A stretch of DNA of 64,000 bases from Alloprevotella sp. (GTDB taxonomy: Bacteria > Bacteroidota > Bacteroidia > Bacteroidales > Bacteroidaceae): positions 19,382 to 83,381 of the forward strand of contig JBGVLE010000076.1 of the NCBI GenBank assembly GCA_045124135.1, read 5' to 3'. Made by a program: the position numbers and the translations under genes. The notes beneath the pieces are model-generated. The model did no database searches. It saw only the letters and a program-made list of their open reading frames with translations, and was not told where the DNA came from. Each line of letters starts with the position of its first letter. The first letter of the stretch is position 1. Shown piece after piece: positions 37,644 through 48,477 of this stretch.

Positions 37644-38095
37644 AAATACGTGGTATGTTTAATGTGTCAGAGATAATTGCTGTTCTCTCTTGCTCAAAAA
37701 GTGAGGTTTTGAGCAATTATGCTGCAAAAGTAATACTTTTCTTTGTAATATATATGTTTTGCTCCAATTTAGCGCACTTCATCTGCCGGGGAACTGTCTT
37801 TCAGGTGCAAGGGAGAATGAGGCTGCCGGTGGATGCTGGCGATAATTCGGTGATTGGTGTCTGTGTTCGTCTTTTCGACTCGTTTGTCCTGTTTTACGCA
37901 ACCCCTATATATATTATAGCTATGCCAAAGGCAATTTTTTGTAGAAAAAAGCGCAATGCCACTGCGGATTTTTCTCTGTTTGTTACGCAAATCAGAGATT
38001 TTTTTGCAAATTTGCGCCGAATAAGAATGAGTTAGGCCGCAGAGGTTGTATGATTTGTTCCAGTCCGGCGGTAGCTATCCAATAATTAGATTTTT

Positions 38096-38527
38096 ATGGC
38101 ACTTTTTCTCAACAAAGTAGTTGGTGATTTTAGCAAGGGTACCGGCGACAGCGATATTCTTTTTTCTAAAACAGTCAAGGCTGGCAAGCGTATTTATTAT
38201 ATCGATGTCAAGCAAGACAGACACAACGAACTTTACATCTCTATCACGGAGAGCAAGAAAATCAAGGAAGGCACCGAAGAGGAGCGACCGATGTTTGAGA
38301 AACATAAGATTTTCCTTTATCGCGAAGACCTTGAGAACTTTATGAACGCTTTTGCCGACGCGGCACAATACACTTTCGACAATTGTCCGCGGCGCCAGTA
38401 TGACTACTCACGGCGCCAGACGAGCTATGCCGACCATGATTCGGCTTATGGTCATCATGGCGTGGCCGAAGAGTCTGAAGGCTACGACACGGCGTCAAAG
38501 CCGGATCTCTCTGACCTGGTATTCTAA
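38096..38527 (+). CDS. DUF3276 family (PUR-like nucleic-acid-binding) protein
   Basis: FSKTVKAGKRIYYIDVK..ITESKK..KHKIFLYREDL. Confidence 0.75.
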   Translation: MALFLNKVVGDFSKGTGDSDILFSKTVKAGKRIYYIDVKQDRHNELYISITESKKIKEGTEEERPMFEKHKIFLYREDLENFMNAFADAAQYTFDNCPRRQYDYSRRQTSYADHDSAYGHHGVAEESEGYDTASKPDLSDLVF

Positions 38528-38557
38528 TCCGAACGTCTATCCCCAAAACTTATCAGA

Positions 38558-38608
38558 CCTCCTATGGGCGCAATGAGATGATTTGCGCCCATGGGAGGCC
38601 GTGTTTTA
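38558..38608 (+). terminator. Terminator after the DUF3276 gene
   Basis: CCTCCTATGGGCGCAA / TTGCGCCCATGGGAGG stem, then GTGTTTTATT. Confidence 0.65.
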
Positions 38609-38839
38609 TTCTCCCCCCCAATTGTTGCCTTTTCCCCAATCACCCAATCACACGTTTGTAACGCGTTGAGAGAAAGCATAATGTGGTGATTGGACGCTCC
38701 AGTCACGCTCAGTCACGCCGCCGGACGGTTTCAAGGGCGTCAAACACCGCCTTTATGGTGTCGGAGGAGTGGTGTCGTGGGGCGCAAACCTATTGGGCTT
38801 TGATGGATGAGGACGACTAAAAGTGCCGGATAGCATATA

Positions 38840-38872
38840 AAGACAACGCCCGGACCATTGACGGTCCGGGCG
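38840..38872 (-). terminator. Terminator after the phosphate transporter gene
   Basis: CGCCCGGACC / GGTCCGGGCG stem with a T-rich tract on minus. Confidence 0.65.
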
Positions 38873-38907
38873 GTCTGTTGGGCGGCCATTGAGGCCGGTG
38901 AGGTTGT

Positions 38908-41151
38908 TTATGCCTGGAAGCGCTTGGAGGCGCGGAGCAGGTGGCGGGTCATCGACACCAATTCTTGCAGCTCCTGCAAGGTGTTGAGATAGAGCAGGGC
39001 CACTTTGATGTTGCTGTCTTCGCGCTGTATGCGGTCTTGTTGTTTGTGGCGGATTTGTGAGATGCGGGCCTTGATGGCGTTGCCCTCAACCAGCAGTTCG
39101 TCAGAATCGGCAAAGTTGCCCGACACAATCATATCTTGTGAGCGAGAGAGCAGTTTGTCCACGTCGTTGAGCACCGGCCGCAACTCTTCACAGCTTTCGG
39201 GCGGCAGCGGATTGAAGTTGTTGTCCACATGCTCCATCACCGGTTCGAGCATACGCTTGAGCGAATAGATGATCTGCGTGGAGTTGTTGCAGCCCAGGTG
39301 GAACCACGTGTTTTTCTCTACGGCCTGCATATAGTCAATCTTGCGCATACCGAGGATTTCCTTGCGGCGATAGCGTTTCCATTTGTTTTTCATTTCGTCG
39401 ATGGCGTGGCCCACGTTGCGCAGGCTGCGCACGTCTTCGTTCATCAGTCCTGAGGTGATGCCGCTCAGGTTTTCGCGTGTGAAGTTGATGAGTTCGGCCT
39501 GTGTCTGCGTCACATGCTGTTTGAGCAGTTGCCAGGTCTCGCGCTTGTCGTGGCTACGCACCAACTGGCGGAAGAGCGTGTCGACCGTGTCGGTTTCTTG
39601 CTTTTTCTTGAATTTACGGTTGTTGTTGACCAATACGAGCACGAGCACGCCGATGAGCAGAATCATTGAGAAGATGCCGCCCACGTGGTTGAGCGTGGCT
39701 ATGATGAAGCTCATGATGAAGGCGGCGCCGGCTGTGATGAACCAGCCGCCGATGACGGTGATGACGCCGGTGATGCGATAGACGGCGGTCTCACGTCCCC
39801 AGGCTTTGTCGGCCAGACTCGTACCCATGGCTACCATGAAGGCCACGTAGGTCGTAGAGAGCGGCAATTGGAGTGACGTGCCCACCACGATGAGCAGACC
39901 GGCCAGCACCAGATTGACAGAGGCACGCACCAGGTCGAAGGCCACACCCTCGTCGAGCACGGACTCGTCGGTGTTGAAGCGGGTGCCCAGCCAGGCTTTG
40001 ATGCCGCGCGGCACAAAGCGGTTGACGGCCTGCGTGCCGTTGAGCACGTTGCGTACAATCTTGCGGGCTATGCGTGAAGAGCTGAACACCTCCTCGCCGT
40101 CGTCCTGGCGCGACAGGTTGACTGTGGTTTCAACCACCTTGTGGGCCTTTTTGGAGCTGAAGATGGCGATGGTCATGATGACGCCGGCGGCGATGAGGAA
40201 CAGGTGTTTCATGGGCAGTGTCGACGGACCGGCCAGCACGTTCATACTATAGCCGGCAGCCTCGGTCGTGCCGTGATGGGCAGAGAAGTCGATGTACGAC
40301 TCCAAGCCAGCCAGCGGCGTACCGATGAAGTTCACCAGGTCGTTGCCCGCAAAGGCCATGGCCAGCGAGAACGTACCGAACAACACGATGACCTTGAATA
40401 TATTTATATGGAGCAGGTGCAAGATTTCGGTCAAAACCGTGAACACCACAAGGCCCACCAGGAGAATGGTCATGTGATGGCTTGCCACCCAGTCGGACAC
40501 ACCGAGCATTTTGAGCAGGTCTGAGCCTTTGAGGCCACTCACCAGCAGGAAGTAGAAAATGGCCGTCACACTGATGCCGCCAAACAGGGCGATGCTCCAG
40601 CGCAGGTGCTTCTTGTAGTTGAAAGTGAAGACGATACGCGTGATCCACATCACCAACAGACCAAACACAAAGGCGATGGCCACCGAGAGGAATATGGCAA
40701 TGATCACCTGCAAGGCCTTGTCGGTGTTGATGAGCTGGTCGTAGGTGTAGCTCGAACCGATGATCTTTGACATGGCAATGGCCGAACTACCGCCCAACAG
40801 GCCGAACACCATCGACACGGTGGTCGACGTGGGCATGCCCAGCGTGTTGAAAATGTCGAGCAGGATGATGTCGGTTGCCGCCACCGACAGGAAGATGCAC
40901 ATCACGTCGTCCAGCGAATAATAGGCCGGTGTGAAAATGCCGTGTCGGGCAATGTCCATCATGCCGCTGCTGGTCGAGGCACCCACGAAGATGCCTATGG
41001 CGGCCACGATGAGGATGGTGCGGAACCGCGCCGCTTTGGCGCCGACGGCGGGACTCAGAAAGTTTACGGCATCATTGGCCACACCTACAGACAAATCAAA
41101 GGTGGCCAGAATAAAAAGGAATATCAATATTCCAAGATAAATTAAGTCCAT
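38908..41151 (-). CDS. Inorganic phosphate transporter (PiT family) with C-terminal PhoU-like domain
   Basis: GVANDAVNF, PTSTT, GNDLVNF, PLSTT motifs. Confidence 0.85.
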   Translation of the reverse strand: MDLIYLGILIFLFILATFDLSVGVANDAVNFLSPAVGAKAARFRTILIVAAIGIFVGASTSSGMMDIARHGIFTPAYYSLDDVMCIFLSVAATDIILLDIFNTLGMPTSTTVSMVFGLLGGSSAIAMSKIIGSSYTYDQLINTDKALQVIIAIFLSVAIAFVFGLLVMWITRIVFTFNYKKHLRWSIALFGGISVTAIFYFLLVSGLKGSDLLKMLGVSDWVASHHMTILLVGLVVFTVLTEILHLLHINIFKVIVLFGTFSLAMAFAGNDLVNFIGTPLAGLESYIDFSAHHGTTEAAGYSMNVLAGPSTLPMKHLFLIAAGVIMTIAIFSSKKAHKVVETTVNLSRQDDGEEVFSSSRIARKIVRNVLNGTQAVNRFVPRGIKAWLGTRFNTDESVLDEGVAFDLVRASVNLVLAGLLIVVGTSLQLPLSTTYVAFMVAMGTSLADKAWGRETAVYRITGVITVIGGWFITAGAAFIMSFIIATLNHVGGIFSMILLIGVLVLVLVNNNRKFKKKQETDTVDTLFRQLVRSHDKRETWQLLKQHVTQTQAELINFTRENLSGITSGLMNEDVRSLRNVGHAIDEMKNKWKRYRRKEILGMRKIDYMQAVEKNTWFHLGCNNSTQIIYSLKRMLEPVMEHVDNNFNPLPPESCEELRPVLNDVDKLLSRSQDMIVSGNFADSDELLVEGNAIKARISQIRHKQQDRIQREDSNIKVALLYLNTLQELQELVSMTRHLLRASKRFQA

Positions 41152-41479
41152 AGAGGGCTGGTTTTATAGGCTTGAGAGGCTCAATAAAGGCCTTGCTGCC
41201 ACGGCACACGCCGCGGCTGAACCCACGACAGAGCTGCCGGCCAAGCGCCGGCAGCTGATGTCGTGTGAGCTTCGTCACCTGTTGGGTTACTGACCGCAAA
41301 GTTAATTTAATCTTCCTTTTACGGGCCAATGTTACAGGGATATTTTCTAAAATTACTTAACACCGGTGCCGGCCATTTGCTCCCGGACGGGTTTATAACT
41401 GTCTGTGTTTTAGTGGTTAGAGCTTAGGCTCCTGGTTTTCTTCCGCTCACCGCGTTTCGGTGTGCAATGTGCGGCATAC

Positions 41480-41835
41480 TGTTCACAAAAGCCGGTCGCC
41501 TGTGACGGTCTCCAACATCTTTTAAGGGTCTGCCGCCGATTTTGATATTTTGTGTCACGGTATGTGTGGGATTGTTAAAAACGCTTAACGATAATCGTAA
41601 GAGTCAAACAATCAGGACGATATGTCTTCTGAATGTTCTGAAGAACCGTTCCTGCGCCTTCAAAAGCCTGTTTTGGCGGCCCGGCATAAGGCCGGTATTT
41701 CCTGCCATAAGCCCAGGCAAAACAGTCCTTATGTCCGTAACCCCTTGAAACGCAAAAAGAGAAGCCTTTTGTGGACCTCTCTTCTTCTTTCCTGTATCAA
41801 AGATAGCCCTCATACCGTCTGGCACCAAAAGACAA
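41480..41835 (-). repeat. Dispersed intergenic element, copy 4 (about 70 bp longer)
   Basis: GTTCA 41481, GTGACG 41502; unit centres 41686/41707/41728; CAAAGATA 41798-41805; AAAAGACAA 41827-41835. Confidence 0.85.
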
Positions 41836-42121
41836 TAACCCGCCCTGTATGCCATAGCACCGCCTTTCTGCCAGGAGACAAGGCTTATGTCGTGACGTAT
41901 ATACCTGATATCCAAAAATATCAGAAGGATATACAGACCGCAGCCGCAGGCCCTCCGGGCAAAGCCTGCTCGGTTCGCGCATTGCCGGCCGTCCTTTACC
42001 AATACTTGAAACGAAACGCCTAAACCACCTTAATTCAAGTGGCTTAAATGCTTTTTCTGCTCCAAACTTTCGTTTATTCCGCCGATTTGGAGTATTTTTG
42101 CATTTCGAAAACCCCATACTT

Positions 42122-42760
42122 ATGAGTATATTCAGCAAACTATTCAAAAAGAACAAAGCCAAAGACCAAGGCTGGCGCGTGGGCGGCATGGAAGACTTCA
42201 TGGCCCTTATCCGCGTCTACTATCAGGCTGTGATGGCTGCCAATCTCGGCATCAACAACATCGCCGCACTGCCCGACCTCCGCGTCTTCAAGCATACCCT
42301 CCAGGTGCCCACGGTCAACAACAAACTGGGACTCGGAGAGAAAAACAAATGCAAGAAGATGCTTTCGGAAATCTATGGCATCTCAGACAACTTCTTCAAA
42401 GAGATTGACCAGAGCGTCAAGCGTAACTGCAAGAATATGCAGGCCGTGCAGCCTTATTTCTATGCCTTCCAGGGCTTCTCGCAGGAGCTTATGATGCTTG
42501 TCGGCAACCTGATGAAATGGAAATTCCGCGTACCCGGATTTATGAAAGGCGCCTTGCGCACCATGACCGAAAAGACCGTCAACGACATTCTTACCAAGGA
42601 AAACTGGAAAAAAGACGATGTGCGCAAGGCTTGCTATGCCATACGCCAATACCAGCAGCGCCTGGGCTATAGCGGCAGCTGGATGGCCGAATATGTCTAC
42701 AACGTCGTCATCCTTGCCAAGAAAGAGCCCAAGCCCAAAGACGTCGACACAAAGAAATGA
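42122..42760 (+). CDS. Conserved hypothetical protein
   Basis: Clean 212-aa ORF with host codon bias; TATTTTTG box ~25 nt upstream. Confidence 0.7.
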   Translation: MSIFSKLFKKNKAKDQGWRVGGMEDFMALIRVYYQAVMAANLGINNIAALPDLRVFKHTLQVPTVNNKLGLGEKNKCKKMLSEIYGISDNFFKEIDQSVKRNCKNMQAVQPYFYAFQGFSQELMMLVGNLMKWKFRVPGFMKGALRTMTEKTVNDILTKENWKKDDVRKACYAIRQYQQRLGYSGSWMAEYVYNVVILAKKEPKPKDVDTKK

Positions 42761-42835
42761 CAGCCGGCAGGCCGTCGCGTCAGTGCACACAGCGTCTACA
42801 ACAAAGCCAAGCGAACTGCATAACACGCCCAGACC

Positions 42836-43129
42836 ATGACCAAAGAGGAAGAACAAAACCTGCAAGTCCTGCAGACAAGGGTGAGACAACTCATCCTCGC
42901 CTACAACGAGCTGCAACGGCAAAACCGGCAACTCACAGAGGAATTGCGCCTGTGCAAAGACAAACAGCAGCAGGCCGAGGCATTGCGCGAACAAGCCGTC
43001 GCACAATATGCCAACCTGAAGGCGGCCAAAATCCTCGAAGTCTCAGGCGAAGACGTCAAAGCCACAAGAGCACGCCTGGCCAAACTCATCAAACTCGTCG
43101 ATAAGTCTATTGCACGACTCAACGTCTGA
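42836..43129 (+). CDS. Coiled-coil protein upstream of zapA (ZapB-like by position)
   Basis: 97-aa heptad-rich ORF adjacent to zapA. Confidence 0.65.
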   Translation: MTKEEEQNLQVLQTRVRQLILAYNELQRQNRQLTEELRLCKDKQQQAEALREQAVAQYANLKAAKILEVSGEDVKATRARLAKLIKLVDKSIARLNV

Positions 43130-43151
43130 CACCGACTAAAACGCTTTCCAT

Positions 43152-43487
43152 ATGAGCGCAGAAGACAAAAACAAAGCCGACAAACTCAACATACAGTTGA
43201 TGATTGGCAATCAGATGCACCCCATCACCATCCGGCGTGAACTGGAAGAGGTGTTCAGAAAAGCGGCAAAGAAAATCAACGACAAACTCAGCCGCTATCG
43301 CGAGTCGTACCCTAATCTCAGCTACGAGAGGTGTATGTCCATCACTCTGCTCGACTTTGCCGTCTATGCGCTCCAGGCCGAAAACAGTGCGGCCACACAG
43401 CCCTACGACGACGTGGTCAAGCAACTGACGGTCGAAATCGAACAGGCACTCGCCACTGCCAAGGCCCAAGACGAAGACGAGGCCTGA
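43152..43487 (+). CDS. zapA: Cell division protein ZapA
   Basis: [24 protein letters not shown] pattern; zapA-rny synteny. Confidence 0.8.
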   Translation: MSAEDKNKADKLNIQLMIGNQMHPITIRRELEEVFRKAAKKINDKLSRYRESYPNLSYERCMSITLLDFAVYALQAENSAATQPYDDVVKQLTVEIEQALATAKAQDEDEA

Positions 43488-43557
43488 CAACCGCAGACCC
43501 AACGGCACAACGCCACAGACCTTAAACATACAACTATAATATATACATTCAAACATC

Positions 43558-45090
43558 ATGGAAACAGTCATAATGATCGTCGTCGGCGTCATTCTCGGCA
43601 CGGCGATTGGATTCGGCTTCTTCAGATATGTCCTCGGAAAAAAATATCAGCGCATCATCGACCATGCGCACAAGGAGGGCGAAGTCATCAAAGAGTCTAA
43701 ACTGCTTGAGGTCAAAGAGAAATTCCTCAACAAAAAAGCCGAACTCGAGAAAGAAGCCAACCAGCGCAACCAGCGCATGTTGCAGCAGGAGAACAAACTC
43801 AAACAGCGCGAACTCACACTCAACCAGAGACAAGAAGAAATCGGGAAAAAGAAAAACGAACTCGACGCCTTCCAGAACAAACTCAACTCGCAAGCCCAGC
43901 TCCTCACCGCCAAAGAGCAGGAACTCGAGAAACTGCAACTCCAAGAGCGTGACAAACTCGAGGAACTCAGCGGACTCTCGGCCGAAGAGGCAAAAAAGCG
44001 ACTCGTCGAGTCTCTCAAAGACGAAGCACGCACCGACGCCCAGTCGTATATCAACGAAATCATGGATGACGCCAAGATGACGGCCAACAAAGAGGCCAAG
44101 CGCATCGTCATCCAGACCATTCAGCGTGTGGCCACAGAGACGGCAATCGAAAACTCCGTGACCGTCTTCCACATCGACAACGACGAAGTCAAAGGACGTA
44201 TCATCGGACGCGAAGGCCGCAACATCCGTGCCATCGAGGCCGCAACCGGCGTGGAGATTGTCGTAGACGACACCCCCGAAGCCATTGTCATCTCTGCATT
44301 TGACCCCGTGCGCCGCGAAATCTGCCGCTTGGCACTTCACCAACTCATCGCCGACGGACGCATCCATCCGGCACGCATCGAGGAGGTCGTTGCCAAGGTC
44401 AAGAAACAGATTGAGGAAGAAATCATCGAGACCGGTAAACGCACCACCATCGACTTGGGTATACACGGCTTGCATCCTGAGCTGGTACGCATAGTCGGCA
44501 AGATGAAATACCGTTCATCCTACGGACAAAACCTGCTCCAGCACGCTCGCGAAACGGCCAACCTCTGTGCCATCATGGCATCAGAACTCGGACTCAATCC
44601 CAAGAAGGCCAAACGCGCCGGTCTGTTGCACGACATCGGTAAGGTGCCCGACGAGGAGAGCGAACTGCCTCACGCACTCTACGGCGCCAAACTTGCAGAG
44701 AAATACAAGGAAAAGGCCGAAATCTGCAACGCCATCGGTGCACACCACGACGAGGTGGAAATGACTTCGCTGCTTGCACCCATCGTTCAGGTCTGTGACG
44801 CCATCTCGGGCGCACGTCCCGGCGCACGCCGCGAAATCGTCGAGGCTTACATCAAGCGACTCAACGACCTCGAAAACATTGCCATGAGCTATCCCGGCGT
44901 CACCAAGACCTACGCCATTCAGGCCGGACGCGAACTCCGCGTCATCGTCGGCGCCGACAAGGTAGACGACAAACAGGTCGAAACGCTCAGCGGAGAAATT
45001 GCACGCCGCATACAAGACGAAATGACCTATCCCGGACAGGTCAAAATCACCGTCATCCGCGAGACACGCTCTGTCAGCTACGCCAAATAA
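43558..45090 (+). CDS. rny: Ribonuclease Y
   Basis: N-terminal TM, coiled coil, KH ([13 protein letters not shown]), HD (GLLHDIGK), YAIQAGRE. Confidence 0.96.
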   Translation: METVIMIVVGVILGTAIGFGFFRYVLGKKYQRIIDHAHKEGEVIKESKLLEVKEKFLNKKAELEKEANQRNQRMLQQENKLKQRELTLNQRQEEIGKKKNELDAFQNKLNSQAQLLTAKEQELEKLQLQERDKLEELSGLSAEEAKKRLVESLKDEARTDAQSYINEIMDDAKMTANKEAKRIVIQTIQRVATETAIENSVTVFHIDNDEVKGRIIGREGRNIRAIEAATGVEIVVDDTPEAIVISAFDPVRREICRLALHQLIADGRIHPARIEEVVAKVKKQIEEEIIETGKRTTIDLGIHGLHPELVRIVGKMKYRSSYGQNLLQHARETANLCAIMASELGLNPKKAKRAGLLHDIGKVPDEESELPHALYGAKLAEKYKEKAEICNAIGAHHDEVEMTSLLAPIVQVCDAISGARPGARREIVEAYIKRLNDLENIAMSYPGVTKTYAIQAGRELRVIVGADKVDDKQVETLSGEIARRIQDEMTYPGQVKITVIRETRSVSYAK

Positions 45091-45303
45091 GCCGGCCGAC
45101 TTAACTATACGGACAGCATGAGGTGGTGCAGCAAGGCTGCACCGCCTTCACCGTTTTAAAAAACGTACGGGCCTTATGCCGCTACGATGTGGCCCTCTGA
45201 GACGAACAAGGCGGCAACAAAGCAGCTGCAAAATGACAAACTGCGGCTTACGTTTGGATTTTGCGCTCATTAGCACTAAATTTGCACCTGAAATTGGGAT
45301 AAT

Positions 45304-46164
45304 ATGCGTCAATTAAAAATTAATAAGAGCATCACGAACCGCTCAAGCGCGGCTCTTGATAAGTATTTGGTGGAAATCGGACGTGAGGAACTCATCTCGA
45401 CCGATGAGGAAGTGGAACTTGCACAACGCATTCATAAAGGCGACGCCGAAGCGCTCGAGAAACTCACACGGGCCAACCTGCGCTTTGTCGTGTCGGTGGC
45501 CAAACAATATCAAAACCAGGGCCTCGCACTAAACGACCTCATCGACGAAGGTAACCTCGGACTCATCAAGGCTGCCAAGAAGTTTGACGAAACCCGCGGC
45601 TTCAAATTCATCAGCTACGCCGTGTGGTGGATCAGACAAAGCATCCTTCAGGCCATCTCCGAGCAAAGCCGCATTGTGCGTATGCCCCTCAACCAAGTGG
45701 GCTTTCAGAGCAAACTCACCAAGGCCATAGTCAATTTTGAGCAGGAGTTCGAGCGCCGTCCCTCTGCCCAAGAGCTGGCCGACATCCTTGAGACAGACAT
45801 CACCAAGGTGCAGGAGGCGCTCGGCACCAATGGCAAGAAAGTCTCTGTAGATGCCCCGTTCCAGGACGACGACTCCAACAGCCTCATTGATATTATGACC
45901 GACGAGAGCGCGCCGGGCACTGACAACCAGATGGAGAAAGAGTCGCTCGCCTCAGACCTTGAGGCGGCTCTTGCCACACTCACCGACCGTGAGCGTCAAG
46001 TGCTCAAAATGCTCTTCGGCATCGGCCGAAACGAAATGACGGCCGAAGAAGTGGCCAACAGCCTTAACCTCACCCGTGAGCGCGTCCGTCAGATCAAGGA
46101 GCGTGCACTACGTCGTCTGCGTGAGGCTTCCAACATCAAAATTCTTATGAAGTATCTCGGCTGA
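45304..46164 (+). CDS. RNA polymerase sigma factor, RpoD/SigA family (Bacteroidota type, no region 1.1)
   Basis: ANLRFVVSVAKQY, EGNLGLIKAA.KFD.TRGFKFISYAVWWIRQ, TRERVRQI. Confidence 0.92.
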   Translation: MRQLKINKSITNRSSAALDKYLVEIGREELISTDEEVELAQRIHKGDAEALEKLTRANLRFVVSVAKQYQNQGLALNDLIDEGNLGLIKAAKKFDETRGFKFISYAVWWIRQSILQAISEQSRIVRMPLNQVGFQSKLTKAIVNFEQEFERRPSAQELADILETDITKVQEALGTNGKKVSVDAPFQDDDSNSLIDIMTDESAPGTDNQMEKESLASDLEAALATLTDRERQVLKMLFGIGRNEMTAEEVANSLNLTRERVRQIKERALRRLREASNIKILMKYLG

Positions 46165-46200
46165 GACTGTTTAAAAGACTGCAGTCTTAAGCCCCACAAC

Positions 46201-46256
46201 ACATATCGCGCACATTCGCTGCCCCAGAAGCAAGCGGATGTGCGCGATGTCTTTTC
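46201..46256. terminator. Hairpin between convergent sigma and lrgB genes
   Basis: ATCGCGCACATTCGCT / AGCGGATGTGCGCGAT followed by GTCTTTT. Confidence 0.65.
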
Positions 46257-46276
46257 TCCCACAAACGGGCAGAGAC

Positions 46277-46972
46277 CTAAACGTTGAGCATCGGGATGAT
46301 GCAGGGCGTGAGCAACGAGGTGAGAATACCGTTGAGCGTCAGGCCGAGGCTGGCATAAGCGCCTTGGATGCGACTACGGTCCATCGAGGTGGCTGTGCCT
46401 AAGGCGTGAGCCGCAGTGCCCATTGACAAACCTTGCGCCACAGAGCCGCGTACGCGGGCAAAGCCCATCGTCTTGTAGCCGCATACCGCACAAAACAGAC
46501 CGACACAGACCACCACGGCTGCCGTAAGCGAAGGTATGCCGCCAATGCTGTTGGTCACCTCCATCGCGATGGGCGTCGTCACCGACTTAGGCGCTAACGA
46601 AAGGATAACCTCTCGCGAAGCCCCCATCTCCTTGGCAATCCACACCACAGAGACAATCCCGACAACGCAACCCACTAACTCGCAAAGCAGAATGGGGACC
46701 AGCTGGCGCTTGATGCGGCTGAGCTGGAGATACAAGGGGACACCGAGGGCCACCACCGCCGGCCGGAGCCAGAACTCTATCATCTGGCCGCCTTTATTAT
46801 AGGTGTCGTAACTAATGTCAGCAAGCCAAAGGAAGGTAATCACCGTGGCAATAGACACCAAGATAGGGTTCATCACCACCCAGCCCGTTTTGCGCCTCAA
46901 CAGTTTGCCCAGAAAATAGGAGCCAAAAGTGAGCGCAATCAGGAAAAACTCATTGGAGAAATACGCCTTCAT
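46277..46972 (-). CDS. lrgB: LrgB family membrane protein
   Basis: AVVALGVPLY, PKSVTTPIAM, GTAAHALGT. Confidence 0.9.
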   Translation of the reverse strand: MKAYFSNEFFLIALTFGSYFLGKLLRRKTGWVVMNPILVSIATVITFLWLADISYDTYNKGGQMIEFWLRPAVVALGVPLYLQLSRIKRQLVPILLCELVGCVVGIVSVVWIAKEMGASREVILSLAPKSVTTPIAMEVTNSIGGIPSLTAAVVVCVGLFCAVCGYKTMGFARVRGSVAQGLSMGTAAHALGTATSMDRSRIQGAYASLGLTLNGILTSLLTPCIIPMLNV

Positions 46973-47349
46973 GCTTTGCCTCCTTCCTCTTCTTCATCAA
47001 AATCGCTGTGAGTGGCCTTGCCATAAAGCTGGTGCACCCAGCCTGTCACGGCCAGCACCAGAACCGTCGAAATGACCGACGCCACGACGATGGGGAGCCA
47101 CTCGGCCTTAATGAGCTTGAAGTGGCACATAATGGCCACGCCGGGTGGAACAAAGAAGAAGCCGATGTTGGCCACAAGAAAGTCGGCCAGCGTCTGCACC
47201 CATTCGAGCCGGACGACGCGGAGTTGTAGAAAAAGTGTGAGCAGTAGCATACCAACAATGCTCGAAGGCAGGGGGATGCCCGTGAAAAAGATGAGCAGTT
47301 CGCCCAAAGCAAGACAGCCAAACAGAATGGCCAGCTGGCGGATCATCAT
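46969..47349 (-). CDS. lrgA: CidA/LrgA family holin-like protein
   Basis: IPLPSSIVGM, FFFVPPGV; overlaps lrgB start. Confidence 0.88.
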   Translation of the reverse strand: MMIRQLAILFGCLALGELLIFFTGIPLPSSIVGMLLLTLFLQLRVVRLEWVQTLADFLVANIGFFFVPPGVAIMCHFKLIKAEWLPIVVASVISTVLVLAVTGWVHQLYGKATHSDFDEEEEGGKA

Positions 47350-47456
47350 AGTCGTTTAGTGTTTAGTGGAATAAGAGTAGTATGTGGCAAATGCTGTGCC
47401 GCAGACGACTGAAGCGTCTGCGGCAGTATGATATTACATTCAAGTTTCGGCCGGTC

Positions 47457-48389
47457 TTAGCGGTTTCGTGTCAAGATAACGATGACCACGGCAGGGATAA
47501 TCAGGAAGAAGCCCAGGATGATGTTCCATGTGATGGCTTCGCCGAAAAAAACGGCGCCCATAATCACCGCAGTCATCGGCTCCATTGAGCCCAACACGGC
47601 CGTCATCGTCGAGCCGATGTTCTTTACCGAAATCACAAGGCTGAGGTTGGTCACAACGGTGCAGAGCAGGCCGAGCAAGATGAGGTCGGCCGCCTGGGTC
47701 GGTGTGGTTATGAGCTGGAAACTTTCTTGTCTGAAAGCTTCTGCGCCAAATATCAGTGCGCCGAAGAAGACGATGTAGAAAGTCAGTTTCAAACCTTCCA
47801 TATTGGCCACGCGCGACCGGTTGACGCGTATGAGGTAGAGCGCAAAACAGGCCGCCGAGATGAGTTCCAGCACCACACCTCTGACGGCCACCTGAGAGCC
47901 TTCCGTGGGCCAAGAGAGCACGGCTACGCCGCCCACGGCCATAATCACGGCCATGATGGAGGCTGGACGTCGCGACTCATTATAATATAGCATCATCAAG
48001 ACGGCTGTCAGGACGGGATACATAAAGTGCAGCGTCGTGGCCACGCCTGACGACATATACGGATAACCGGCCAGCAGGAACATCGCCGCACCGTCTGACA
48101 AGAAGGCCAGATACATCAGGGTCACAATCTCACCGCGGCTGATGCGGAATGAGCGCCGCTTGATCAGCATCAGGACTGCCATAATCACCGAGGCAATCAT
48201 GAACCGGTAGAACAATATCGACATCGTCGTCATGGCGTTGGGATTGTCCTGCCCCATTTCGCCGCAGATCGGCAGAGTGAATGTGGGAATGAGGCCATAG
48301 AATACGGCAGCGGTGAGACCGAAGATGAGACCGCGAGTGCCCGGTGAACTCAGGCTGCTCATAGCGCCGGGAGGAATGTGAAAAGCCAT
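47457..48389 (-). CDS. DMT/EamA family transporter
   Basis: Ten TM helices in two EamA repeats, LGSMEPMTA; start uncertain. Confidence 0.85.
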   Translation of the reverse strand: MAFHIPPGAMSSLSSPGTRGLIFGLTAAVFYGLIPTFTLPICGEMGQDNPNAMTTMSILFYRFMIASVIMAVLMLIKRRSFRISRGEIVTLMYLAFLSDGAAMFLLAGYPYMSSGVATTLHFMYPVLTAVLMMLYYNESRRPASIMAVIMAVGGVAVLSWPTEGSQVAVRGVVLELISAACFALYLIRVNRSRVANMEGLKLTFYIVFFGALIFGAEAFRQESFQLITTPTQAADLILLGLLCTVVTNLSLVISVKNIGSTMTAVLGSMEPMTAVIMGAVFFGEAITWNIILGFFLIIPAVVIVILTRNR

Positions 48390-48477
48390 AGCAAAGTTTG
48401 AAAGGGTTGTGTGAAAAAATCGGAGTCTCCTGCAAGTCAGGATCTCCGATGTATGACGGACGGAAAACAGTTCCGTT

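Noticed and set aside
43488-43557. 6S RNA between zapA and rny
   Set aside because: The gap is only 70 bp, too short for a 6S RNA
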